Below, in pieces: positions 1-15,000 of a stretch of 64,000 bases of DNA (position 1 is the stretch's first letter; every line of letters starts with the position of its first letter). The translations under genes were made by a program, and so were the position numbers. A model generated the notes under the pieces. It saw only the letters and a program-made list of their open reading frames with translations. It ran no database searches and was not told the DNA's origin. The DNA is from Eledone cirrhosa (Eukaryota): assembly GCA_964016885.1 (NCBI GenBank), contig OZ024754.1, forward strand, positions 21,142,001-21,206,000, read 5' to 3'.

Positions 1-3000
1 GTATTAACATAGACTCCCTCCTATATTAGCCTTGGTATTAACATAGACTCCCTCCCATATTACGCTTGGTATGAACATTGGGACTCCCTCCTAAATTAGA
101 CTTGGTATTAACATAGACTCCCTCCCATATTACCCTTGGTATAAACGTGCACTCCCTTCTATATCAGACGTGGTATTAACATAGGGACTCCCTCCCATAT
201 TAGCCTTGGTATTAACATAGGGACTCCCTCTCATATTAGACTTGGTATTAACATAGACTCCCTCCCATATTAGACTTGGTATTAACATAGGGACTCCCTC
301 CCATATAACCCTTGGTATTAACATAGGGAGTCCCTCACATATTACCCTTGGTATTAACATAGAGACACCCTCCCATATTACCCTTGGTATTAACATTGGG
401 ACTCCCTCCTAAAGTAGATTTGGTATTAACATAGACTGCCTCCCATATTACCCTTGGTATTAACATAGGGACTCCCTCCCACATTACACTTGGTATTAAT
501 ATAGAGACTCCCTCCCATATTACCCTTGGTATTAACATAGACTCCCTCCCATATTAGAATTGGTATTAATATAGAGACTCCCTCCCATATTACCCTTGGT
601 ATTAACATAGACTCCCTCCCATATTAGACTTGGTATTAATATAGACTCCCTCCCATATTACCCTTGGTATTAACATAGACTACCTCAAATATTACCCTTG
701 TTATTAATATAGAGACTCCCTCCCATATTACCCTTGGTATTAACATAGACTCCCTCCCATATTAGACTTGGTATTAATATAGAGACTCCCTCCCATATTA
801 CCCTTGGTATTAACATAGACTCCCTCCCATATTACACTTGGTATTAACATAGGGACTCCCTCCCATATTACCCTTGGTATTAACATAGAGACCCCCCCCC
901 CCATATTACCCTTGGTATTAACATAGACTCCCTCCCATATTACCCTTGGTATTAACATAGACTCCCTCACATATTACCCTTGGCTTTAACAGACTCCCTC
1001 CCATATTACCGTTGGTATTAATATAGGGACTCCCTCCCATATTAGCCTTGGTATTAACATAGGGACTCCCTCCCATATTAGCCTTGGTATTAACATAGAC
1101 TCCATCCCATATTACCCTTGGTATTAATATAGACTCCCTCCCATATTACCCTTGGTACTAACATAGAGTCCCTCCCATATTACCCTTGGTATTAACATAG
1201 GGACTCCCTCCTATATTAGACTTGGTATTAACATAGATTCCCTCCCATATTACCCTTGGTATTAACATGCACTCCCTTCTATATTAGTCGTGGTATTAAA
1301 ATAGGGACTCGCTCCCATATTACCCTTGGTATTAACATAGGGCCTCCCTCCCATATTAGACTTGGTATTAACATAGACTCCCTCCCATATTAGACTTGGT
1401 ATTAACATAGACTCCCTCCCATATTACCCTTGGTATTAACATAGGGACTCCCTCATATATTACCCTTGGTATTAACATAGACTCCCTCCCATATTACCCT
1501 TGGTGTTAACATAGACTCCCTCCCACATTTCACTTGGTATTAACATAGGGACTCCCTCCCATATTACCCTTGGTATTAACATAGACTCCATCCCATATTA
1601 CCCTTGGTATTAACATAGACTCCCTCCTATATTAGCCTTCGTATTAACATAGGGACTCCCTCCCATATTACCCTTGGTATTAACATAGGGACTCCCTCCC
1701 ATATTAGACTTGGTATTAACATAGACTCCCTCCCATATTACCCTTGGTATTATGATAGGGACACCCTCCCATATTACCCTTGGTATTAACATAGACTCCC
1801 TCCCATATTACCCTTGGTATTAACATAGACTCCCTCCCATGTTAGCCTTGGTATTAACATAGACTCCCTCCCATATTAGCCTTGGTATTAACATAGACTC
1901 CCTCCCATATTACCCTTGGTATGAACATTGGGACTCCCTCCTAAATTAGACTTGGTATTATCATAGACTCCCTCCCATATTACCCTTGGTATTAACATAG
2001 ACTCCCTCCCATATTACCCTTGGTATTAACATAGGGACTCCCTCCCATATTACCCTTTGTATTAACATAGAGACCCCCCCCCATATTACCCTTGGTATTA
2101 ACATAGACTCCCTCCCATATTACCCTTGGTATTAACATAGACTCCCTCACATATTACCCTTGGTATTAACATAGACTCCCTCCCATATTAGCGTTGGTAT
2201 TAATATAGGGACTCGCTCCCATATTAGCCTTGGTATTAACATAGGGACTCCCTCCCATATTAGCCTTGGTAATAACATAGACTCCCTCACATATTACCCT
2301 TGGTATTAACATAGACTCCCTCCCATATTACCCTTGGTATTAACATAGGGACTCCCTCCCATATTTCCCTTGGTATTAACATAGGGACTCCCTCCCATAT
2401 TACCCTTGGTATTAACATAGACTCCCTCCCATATTACCCTTGGTATTAACATAGACTCCCTCCCATATTAGCCTTCGTATTAACATAGGGACTCCCTCCC
2501 ATATTATCCTTGGTATTAACATAAGGACTCCCTCCCATATTAGACTTGGTATTAACATAGACTCCCTCCCATATTACCCTTGGTATTAACATAGGGACTC
2601 CCTCCCATATTACCCTTGGTATTAACATAGAGACCCCCCCCATATTACCCTTGGTATTAACATAGACTCCCTCCCATATTACCCTTGGTATTAACATAGA
2701 CTCCCTCACATATTACCCTTGGCTTTAACAGACTCCCTCCCATATTACCGTTGGTATTAATATAGGGACTCCCTCCCATATTAGCCTTGGTATTAACATA
2801 GGGACTCCCTCCCATATTAGCCTTGGTATTAACATAGACTCCATCCCATATTACCCTTGGTATTAACATAGACTCCCTCCCATATTACCCTTGGTACTAA
2901 CATAGACTCCCTCCCATATTACCCTTGGTATTAACATAGGGACTCCCTCCTATATTAGACTTGGTATTAACATAGATTCCCTCCCATATTACCCTTGGTA

Positions 3001-6000
3001 TTAACATGCACTCCCTTCTATATTAGTCGTGGTATTAAAATAGGGACTCGCTCCCATATTACCCTTGGTATTAACATAGGGCCTCCCTCCCATATTAGAC
3101 TTGGTATTAACATAGACTCCCTCCCATATTAGACTTGGTATTAACATAGACTCCCTCCCATATTACCCTTGGTATTAACATAGGGACTCCCTCACATATT
3201 ACCCTTGGTATTAACATAGGGACTCCCTCCCATATTAGCCTTGGTATTAACATAGACTCCCTCCCATATTACCCTTGGTGTTAACATAGACTCCCTCCCA
3301 TATTACCCTTGGTATTAACATAGGGACTCCCTCCCATATTTCCCTTGGTATTAACATAGGGACTCCCTCCCATATTACCCTTGGTATTAACATAGACTCC
3401 ATCCCATATTACCCTTGGTATTAACATAGACTCCCTCCTATATTAGCCTTCGTATTAACATAGGGACTCCCTCCCATATTACCCTTGGTATTAACATAGG
3501 GACTCCCTCCCATATTAGACTTGGTATTAACATAGACTCCCTCCCATATTACCCTTGGTATTATCATAGGGACTCCCTCCCATATTACCCTTGGTATTAA
3601 CATAGACTCCCTTCCATATTACCCTTGGTATTAACATAGACACCCTCCCATATTACCTTTGGTATTATGATAGGGACACCCTCCCATATTACCCTTGGTA
3701 TTAACATAGACTCCCTCCCATATTACCCTTGGTATTAACATAGACTCCCTCCCATATTTGCCTTGGTATTAACATAGGGACTCCCTCCTATATTACCCTT
3801 AGTATTAACATAGACTCCCTCCCATATTACCCTTGGTATTAACATAGACTCCCTCCCATGTTAGCCTTGGTATTAACATAGACTCCCTCCCATATTAGCC
3901 TTGGTATTAACATAGACTCCCTCCCATATTACCCTTGGTATGAACATTGGGACTCCCTCCTAAATTAGACTTGGTATTAACATAGACTCCCTCCCATATT
4001 ACCCTTGGTATTAACATAGACTCCCTCCCATATTACCCTTGGTATTAACATAGGGACTCCCTCCCATATTACCCTTTGTATTAACATAGAGACCCCCCCC
4101 CCATATTACCCTTGGTATTAACATAGACTCCCTCCCATATTACCCTTGGTATTAACATAGACTCCCTCACATATTACCCTTGGTATTAACATAGACTCCC
4201 TCCCATATTACCGTTGGTATTAATATAGGGACTCCCTCCCATATTAGCCTTGGTATTAACATAGGGACTCCCTCCCATATTAGCCTTGGTATTAACATAG
4301 ACTCCCTCACATATTACCCTTGGTATTAACATAGACTCCCTCCCATATACCCTTGGTATTAACATAGGGACTCCCTCCCATATTTCCCTTGGTATTAACA
4401 TAGGGACTCCCTCCCATATTACCCTTGGTATTAACATAGACTCCCTCCCATATTAGCCTTCGTATTAACATAGGGACTCCCTCCCACATTACACTTGGTA
4501 TTAATATAGAGACTCCCTCCCATATTACCCTTGGTATTAACATAGACTCCCTCCCATATTAGAATTGGTATTAATATAGAGACTCCCTCCCATATTACCC
4601 TTGGTATTAACATAGACTCCCTCCCATATTAGACTTGGTATTAATATAGACTCCCTCCCATATTACCCTTGGTATTAACATAGACTACCTCAAATATTAC
4701 CCTTGTTATTAATATAGAGACTCCCTCCCATATTACCCTTGGTATTAACATAGACTCCCTCCCATATTAGACTTGGTATTAATATAGAGACTCCCTCCCA
4801 TATTACCCTTGGTATTAACATAGGGACTCCCTCCCATATTACCCTTGGTATTAACATAGAGACCCCCCCCATATTACCCTTGGTATTAACATAGACTCCC
4901 TCCCATATTACCCTTGGTATTAACATAGACTCCCTCACATATTACCCTTGGCTTTAACAGACTCCCTCCCATATTACCGTTGGTATTAATATAGGGACTC
5001 CCTCCCATATTAGCCTTGGTATTAACATAGGGACTCCCTCCCATATTAGCCTTGGTATTAACATAGACTCCATCCCATATTACCCTTGGTATTAACATAG
5101 ACTCCCTCCCATATTAGCCTTGGTATTAACATAGACTCCATCCCATATTACCCTTGGTATTAACATAGACTCCCTCCCATATTACCCTTGGTACTAACAT
5201 AGAGTCCCTCCCATATTACCCTTGGTATTAACATAGGGACTCCCTCCTATATTAGACTTGGTATTAACATAGATTCCCTCCCATATTACCCTTGGTATTA
5301 ACATGCACTCCCTTCTATATTAGTCGTGGTATTAAAATAGGGACTCGCTCCCATATTACCCTTGGTATTAACATAGGGCCTCCCTCCCATATTAGACTTG
5401 GTATTAACATAGACTCCCTCCCATATTAGCCTTGGTATTAACATAGACTCCCGCCCATATTACCCTTGGTATTAACATAGGGACTCCCTCATATATTACC
5501 CTTGGTATTAACATAGGGACTCCCTCCCATATTAGCCTTGGTATTAACATAGACTCCCTCCCATATTACCCTTGGTGTTAACATAGACTCCCTCCCATAT
5601 TTCCCTTGGTATTAACATAGGGACTCCCTCCCATATTACCCTTGGTATTAACATAGACTCCATCCCATATTACCCTTGGTATTAACATAGACTCCCTCCT
5701 ATATTAGCCTTCGTATTAACATAGGGACTCCCTCCCATATTACCCTTGGTATTAACATAGGGACTCCCTCCCATATTAGACTTGGTATTAACATAGACTC
5801 CCTCCCATATTACCCTTGGTATTATCATAGGGACTCCCTCCCATATTACCCTTGGTATTAACATAGACTCCCTTCCATATTACCCTTGGTATTAACATAG
5901 ACACCCTCCCATATTACCTTTGGTATTATGATAGGGACACCCTCCCATATTACCCTTGGTATTAACATAGACTCCCTCCCATATTACCCTTGGTATTAAC

Positions 6001-9000
6001 ATAGACTCCCTCCCATATTTGCCTTGGTATTAACATAGGGACTCCCTCCTATATTACCCTTAGTATTAACATAGACTCCCTCCCATATTACCCTTGGTAT
6101 TAACATAGACTCCCTCCCATGTTAGCCTTGGTATTAACATAGACTCCCTCCCATATTAGCCTTGGTATTAACATAGACTCCCTCCCATATTACCCTTGGT
6201 ATGAACATTGGGACTCCCTCCTAAATTAGACTTGGTATTATCATAGACTCCCTCCCATATTACCCTTGGTATTAACATAGACTCCCTCCCATATTACCCT
6301 TGGTATTAACATAGGGACTCCCTCCCATATTACCCTTTGTATTAACATAGAGACCCCCCCCATATTACCCTTGGTATTAACATAGACTCCCTCCCATATT
6401 ACCCTTGGTATTAACATAGACTCCCTCACATATTACCCTTGGTATTAACATAGACTCCCTCCCATATTACCGTTGGTATTAATATAGGGACTCGCTCCCA
6501 TATTAGCCTTGGTATTAACATAGGGACTCCCTCCCATATTAGCCTTGGTATTAACATAGACTCCCTCACATATTACCCTTGGTATTAACATAGACTCCCT
6601 CCCATATTACCCTTGGTATTAACATAGGGACTCCCTCCCATATTTCCCTTGGTATTAACATAGGGACTCCCTCCCATATTAGACTTGGTATTAACATAGA
6701 CTCCCTCCCATATTACCCTTGGTATTAACATAGACTCCCTCCCATATTACCCTTGGTATTAACATAGGGACTCCCTCCCATATTACCCTTGGTATTAACA
6801 TAGAGACCCCCCCCCCCATATTACCCTTGGTATTAACATAGACTCCCTCCCATATTACCCTTGGTATTAACATAGACTCCCTCACATATTACCCTTGGCT
6901 TTAACAGACTCCCTCCCATATTACCGTTGGTATTAATATAGGGACTCCCTCCCATATTAGCCTTGGTATTAACATAGGGACTCCCTCCCATATTAGCCTT
7001 GGTATTAGCATAGACTCCATCCCATATTACCCTTGGTATTAACATAGACTCCCTCCCATATTACCCTTGGTACTAACATAGACTCCCTCCCATATTACCC
7101 TTGGTATTAACATAGGGACTCCCTCCTATATTAGACTTGGTATTAACATAGATTCCCTCCCATATTACCCTTGGTATTAACATGCACTCCCTTCTATATT
7201 AGTCGTGGTATTAAAATAGGGACTCGCTCCCATATTACCCTTGGTATTAACATAGGGCCTCCCTCCCATATTAGACTTGGTATTAACATAGACTCCCTCC
7301 CATATTAGACTAGGTATTAACATAGACTCCCTCCCATATTACCCTTGGTATTAACATAGGGACTCCCTCACATATTACCCTTGGTATTAACATAGGGACT
7401 CCCTCCCATATTAGCCTTGGTATTAACATAGACTCCCTCCCATATTACCCTTGGTGTTAACATAGACTCCCTCCCATATTACCCTTGGTATTAACATAGG
7501 GACTCCCTCCCATATTTCCCTTGGTATTAACATAGGGACTCCCTCCCATATTACCCTTGGTATTAACATAGACTCCATCCCATATTACCCTTGGTATTAA
7601 CATAGACTCCCTCCTATATTAGCCTTCGTATTAACATAGGGACTCCCTCCCATATTACCCTTGGTATTAACATAGGGACTCCCTCCCATATTAGACTTGG
7701 TATTAACATAGACTCCCTCCCATATTACCCTTGGTATTATCATAGGGACTCCCTCCCATATTACCCTTGGTATTAACATAGACTCCCTTCCATATTACCC
7801 TTGGTATTATCATAGACACCCTCCCATATTACCTTTGGTATTATGATAGGGACACCCTCCCATATTACCCTTGGTATTAACATAGACTCCCTCCCATATT
7901 ACCCTTGGTATTAACATAGACTCCCTCCCATATTTGCCTTGGTATTAACATAGGGACTCCCTCCTATATTACCCTTAGTATTAACATAGACTCCCTCCCA
8001 TATTACCCTTGGTATTAACATAGACTCCCTCCCATGTTAGCCTTGGTATTAACATAGACTCCCTCCCATATTAGCCTTGGTATTAACATAGACTCCCTCC
8101 CATATTACCCTTGGTATGAACATTGGGACTCCCTCCTAAATTAGACTTGGTATTAACATAGACTCCCTCCCATATTACCCTTGGTATTAACATAGACTCC
8201 CTCCCATATTACCCTTGGTATTAACATAGGGACTCCCTCCCATATTACCCTTTGTATTAACATAGAGACCCCCCCCCATATTACCCTTGGTATTAACATA
8301 GACTCCCTCCCATATTACCCTTGGTATTAACATAGACTCCCTCACATATTACCCTTGGTATTAACATAGACTCCCTCCCATATTACCGTTGGTATTAATA
8401 TAGGGACTCCCTCCCATATTAGCCTTGGTATTAACATAGGGCCTCCCTCCCATATTAGCCTTGGTATTAACATAGACTCCCTCACATATTACCCTTCGTA
8501 TTAACATAGACTCCCTCCCATATACCCTTGGTATTAACATAGGGACTCCCTCCCATATTTCCCTTGGTATTAACATAGGGACTCCCTCCCATATTACCCT
8601 TGGTATTAACATAGACTCCCTCCCATATTAGCCTTCGTATTAACATAGGGACTCCCTCCCATATTATCCTTGGTATTAACATAGGGACTCCCTCCCATAT
8701 TAGACTTGGTATTAACATAGACTCCCTCCCATATTAGCCTTGGTATTAACATAGGGACTCTCTCCTATATTACCCTTAGTATTAACATAGACTCCCTCCC
8801 ATATTACCCTTGGTATTAACATAGACTCCCTCCCATGTTAGCCTTGGTATTAACATAGACTCCCTCCCATATTAGCCTTGGTATTAACATAGACTCCCTC
8901 CCATATTACCCTTGGTATGAACATTGGGACTCCCTCCTAAATTAGACTTGGTATTAACATAGACTCCCTCCCATATTACCCTTGGTATTAACATGCACTC

Positions 9001-12000
9001 CCTTCTATATAAGACGTGGTATTAACATAGGGACTCCCACCCATATTACCCTTGGTATTAATATAGAGACTCCCTCCCATATTACCCTTGGTATTAACAT
9101 AGACTCCCTCCCATATTAGAATTGGTATTAATATAGAGACTCCCTCCCATATTACTCTTGGTATTAACATAGACTCCCTTCCATATTAGACTTGGTATTA
9201 ATATAGAGACTCCCTCCCATATTACCCTTGGTATTAACATAGACTACCTCGCATATTACCCTTGGTATTCATATAGAGACTCCCTCCCATATTACCCTTG
9301 GTATTAACATAGACTCCCTCCCATATTAGACTTGGTATTAATATAGAGACTCCCTCCCATATTACCCTTGGTATTAACATAGACTCCCTCCCATATTACC
9401 CTTGGTATTAACATAGGGACTCCCTCCCATATTACCCTTGGTATTAACATAGAGACCCCCCCCCCATATTACCCTTGGTATTAACATAGACTCCCTCCCA
9501 TATTACTCTTGGTATTAACATAGACTCCCTCACATATTACCCTTGGTATTAACATAGACTCCCTCCCATATTACCGTTGGTATTAATATAGGGACTCCCT
9601 CCCATATTAGCCTTGGTATTAACATAGGGACTCCCTCCCATATTAGCCTTGGTATTAACATAGACTGCCTACCATATTAGCCTTGGTATTAACATAGACT
9701 CCCTCCCATATTACCCTTGGTATTAACATAGACTCCCTCCCATATTACCCTTGGTATTAACATAGGGACTCCCTCCCATATTGCCTTTGGTATTAACATA
9801 GGGACTCCCTCCCATATTACCCTTGGTATTAACATAGACTGCCTCCCATATTACCCTTGGTATTAACATAGACTCCCTCCCATATTAGCCTTCGTATTAA
9901 CATAGGGACTCCCTCCCATATTATCCTTGGTATTAACATAGGGACTCCCTCCCATATTAGACTTGGTATTAACATAGACTCCCTCCCATATTACCCTTGG
10001 TATTATCATAGGGACTCCCTCCCATATTACCCTTGGTATTAACATAGACTCCCTCCCATATTACCCTTGGTATTAACATAGACTCCCTCCCATATTACGC
10101 TTGGTACTAACATAGACTCCCTCCCATATTACCCTTGGTATTAACATAGACTCCCTCCCATATTACCCTTGATATTAACATAGACTCCCTCCCATATTAG
10201 CCTTGGTATTAACATGGGACTTCCTCCTATATTACCCTTAGTATTAACATAGACTCCCTCCCATATTACCCTTGGTATTAACATAGACTCCCTCCCATGT
10301 TAGCCTTGGTATTAACATAGACTCCCTCCCATATTAGCCTTGGTATTAACATAGACTCCCTCCCATATTACCCTTGGTATGAACATTGGGACTCCCTCCT
10401 AAATTAGACTTGGTATTAACATAGTCTCCCTCCCATATTACCCTTGGTATTAACATGCACTCCCTTCTATATCAGACGTGGTATTAACATAGGGACTCCC
10501 TCCCATATTAGCCTTGGTATTAACATAGGGACTCCCTCTCATATTAGACTTGGTATTAACATAGACTCCCTCCCATATTAGACTTGGTATTAACATAGGG
10601 ACTCCCTCCCATATTACCCTTGGTATTAACATAGGGACTCCCTCACATATTACCCTTGGTATTAACATAGAGACACCCTCCCATATTACCCTTGGTATTA
10701 ACATTGGGACTCCCCCCTAAAGTAGACTTGGTATTAACATAGACTCCCTCCCATATTAACCTTGGTGTTAACATAGACTCCCTCCCATATTACCCTTGGT
10801 ATTAACATAGACTCCCGCCCATGTTAGCCTTGGTATTAACATAGACTTCCTCCCATATTAGCCTTGGTATTAACATAGACTCCCTCCCATATTACCCTTG
10901 GTATGAACATTGGGACTCCCTCCTAAATTAGACTTGGTATTAACATAGACTCCCTCCCATATTACCCTTGGTATTAACGTGCACTCCCTTCTATATCAGA
11001 CGTGGTATTAACATAGGGACTCCCTCCTATATTAGCCTTGGTATTAACATAGGGACTCCCTCTCATATTAGACTTGGTATTAACATAGACTCCCTCCCAT
11101 ATTAGACTTGGTATTAACATAGGGACTCCCTCCCATATTACCCTTGGTATTATCATAGGGACTCCCTCACATATTACCCTTGGTATTAACATAGAGACAC
11201 CCTCCCATATTACCCTTGGTATTAACATTGGGACTCCCTCCTAAAGTAGATTTGGTATTAACATAGACTGCCTCCCATATTACCCTTGGTATTAACATAG
11301 GGACTCCCTCCCATATTACACTTGGTATTAATATAGAGACTCCCTCCCATATTACCCTTGGTATTAACATAGACTCCCTCCCATATTAGAATTGGTATTA
11401 ATATAGAGACTCCCTCCCATATTACCCTTGGTATTAACATAGACTCCCTCCCATATTAGACTTGGTATTAATATAGACTCCCTCCCATATTACCCTTGGT
11501 ATTAACATAGACTACCTCAAATATTACCCTTGGTATTAATATAGAGACTCCCTCCCATATTACCCTTGGTATTAACATAGACTCCCTCCCATATTAGACT
11601 TGGTATTAATATAGAGACTCCCTCCCATATTACCCTTGGTATTAACATAGACTCCCTCCCATATTACCCTTGGTATTAACATAGGGACTCCCTCCCATAT
11701 TACCCTTGGTATTAACATAGAGACCCCCCCCCCCCATATTACCCTTGGTATTAACATAGACTCCCTCCCATATTACCCTTGGTATTAACATAGACTCCCT
11801 CACATATTACCCTTGGTTTTAACAGACTCCCTCCCATATTACCATTCGTATTAATATAGGGACTCCCTCCCATATTATCCTTGGTATTAACATAGGGACT
11901 CCCTCCCATATTAGACTTGGTATTAACATAGACTCCCTCCCATATTACCCTTGGTATTATCATAGGGACTCCCTCCCATATTACCCGTGGTATTAACATA

Positions 12001-15000
12001 GACTCCCTCCCATATTACCCTTGGTATTAACATATACTCCCTCCCATATTACCCTTGGTACTAACATAGACTCCCTCCCATATTACCCTTGGTATTAACA
12101 TAGACTCCCTCCCATATTACCCTTGGTATTAACATAGACTCCCTCCCATATTAGCCTTGGTATTAACATAGCGACTTCCTCCTATATTACCCTTAGTATT
12201 AACATAGACTCCCTCCCATATTACCCTTGGTATTAACATAGACTCCCTCCCATGTTAGCCTTGGTATTAACATAGACTCCCTCCCATATTAGCCTTGGTA
12301 TTAACATAGACTCCCTCCCATATTACCCTTGGTATGAACATTGGGACTCCCTCCTAAATTAGACTTGGTATTAACATAGTCTCCCTCCCATATTACCCTT
12401 GGTATTAACATGCACTCCCTTCTATATCAGACTTGGTATTAACATAGACTCCCTCCCATATTAGACTTGGTATTAACATAGGGACTCCCTCCCATATTAC
12501 CCTTGGTATTAACATAGGGACTCCCTCACATATTACCCTTGGTATTAACATAGAGACACCCTCCCATATTACCCTTGGTATTAACATTGGGACTCCCCCC
12601 TAAAGTAGACTTGGTATTAACATAGACTCCCTCCCATATTAACCTTGGTGTTAACATAGACTCCCTCCCATATTACCCTTGGTATTAACATAGACTCCCG
12701 CCCATGTTAGCCTTGGTATTAACATAGACTTCCTCCCATATTAGCCTTGGTATTAACATAGACTCCCTCCCATATTACCCTTGGTATGAACATTGGGACT
12801 TCCTCCTAAATTAGACTTGGTATTAACATAGACTCCCTCCCATATTACCCTTGGTATTAACGTGCACTCCCTTCTATATCAGACGTGGTATTAACATAGG
12901 GACTCCCTCCCATATTAGCCTTGGTATTAACATAGGGACTCCCTCTCATATTAGACTTGGTATTAACATAGACTCCCTCCCATATTAGACTTGGTATTAA
13001 CATAGGGACTCCCTCCCATATTACCCTTGGTATTAACATAGGGACTCCCTCACATATTACCCTTGGTATTAACATAGAGACACCCTCCCATATTACCCTT
13101 GGTATTAACATTGGGACTCCCTCCTAAAGTAGATTTGGTATTAACATAGACTGCCTCCCATATTACCCTTGGTATTAACATAGGGACTCCCTCCCATATT
13201 ACACTTGGTATTAATATAGAGACTCCCTCCCATATTACCCTTGGTATTAACATAGACTCCCTCCCATATTAGAATTGGTATTAATATAGAGACTCCCTCC
13301 CATATTACCCTTGGTATTAACATAGACTACCTCAAATATTACCCTTGGTATTAATATAGAGACTCCCTCCCATATTACCCTTGGTATTAACATAGACTCC
13401 CTCCCATATTAGACTTGGTATTAATATAGAGACTCCCTCCCATATTACCCTTGGTATTAACATAGACTCCCTCCCATATTACCCTTGGTATTAACATAGG
13501 GACTCCCTCCCATATTACCCTTGGTATTAACATAGAGACCCCCCCCCCATATTACCCTTGGTATTAACATAGACTCCCTCCCATATTACCCTTGGTATTA
13601 ACATAGACTCCCTCACATATTACCCTTGGTTTTAACAGACTCCCTCCCATATTACCATTCGTATTAATATAGGGACTCCCTCCCATATTATCCTTGGTAT
13701 TAACATAGGGACTCCCTCCCATATTAGACTTGGTATTAACATAGACTCCCTCCCATATTACCCTTGGTATTATCATAGGGACTCCCTCCCATATTACCCT
13801 TGGTATTAACATAGACTCCCTCCCATATTACCCTTGGTATTAACATAGACTCCCTCCCATATTACCCTTGGTACTAACATAGACTCCCTCCCATATTACC
13901 CTTGGTATTAACATAGACTCCCTCCCATATTACCCTTGGTATTAACATAGACTCCCTCCCATATTAGCCTTGGTATTAACATAGGGACTTCCTCCTATAT
14001 TACCCTTAGTATTAACATAGACTCCCTCCCATATTACCCTTGGTATTAACATAGACTCCCTCCCATGTTAGCCTTGGTATTAACATAGACTCCCTCCCAT
14101 ATTAGCCTTGGTATTAACATAGACTCCCTCCCATATTACCCTTGGTATGAACATTGGGACTCCCTCCTAAATTAGACTTGGTATTAACATAGTCTCCCTC
14201 CCATATTACCCTTGGTATTAACATGCACTCCCTTCTATATCAGACGTGGTATTAACATAGGGACTCCCTCCCATATTAGCCTTGGTATTAACATAGGGAC
14301 TCCCTCACATATTACCCTTGGTATTAACATAGGGACTCCCTCACATATTACCCTTGGTATTAACATAGAGACACCCTCCCATATTACCCTTGGTATTAAC
14401 ATTGGGACTCCCCCCTAAAGTAGACTTGGTATTAACATAGACTCCCTCCCATATTAACCTTGGTGTTAACATAGACTCCCTCCCATATTACCCTTGGTAT
14501 TAACATAGACTCCCGCCCATGTTAGCCTTGGTATTAACATAGACTTCCTCCCATATTAGCCTTGGTATTAACATAGACTCCCTCCCATATTACCCTTGGT
14601 ATGAACATTGGGACTCCCTCCTAAATTAGACTTGGTATTAACATAGACTCCCTCCCATATTACCCTTGGTATGAACATTGGGACTCCCTCCTAAATTAGA
14701 CTTGGTATTAACATAGTCTCCCTCCCATATTACCCTTGGTATTAACATGCACTCCCTTCTATATCAGACGTGGTATTAACATAGGGACTCCCTCTCATAT
14801 TAGCCTTGGTATTAACATAGGGACTCCCTCTCATATTAGACTTGGTATTAACATAGACTCCCTCCCATATTAGACTTGGTATTAACATAGGGACTCCCTC
14901 CCATATTACCCTTGGTATTAACATAGGGACTCCCTCACATATTACCCTTGGTATTAACATAGAGACACCCTCCCATATTACCCTTGGTATTAACATTGGG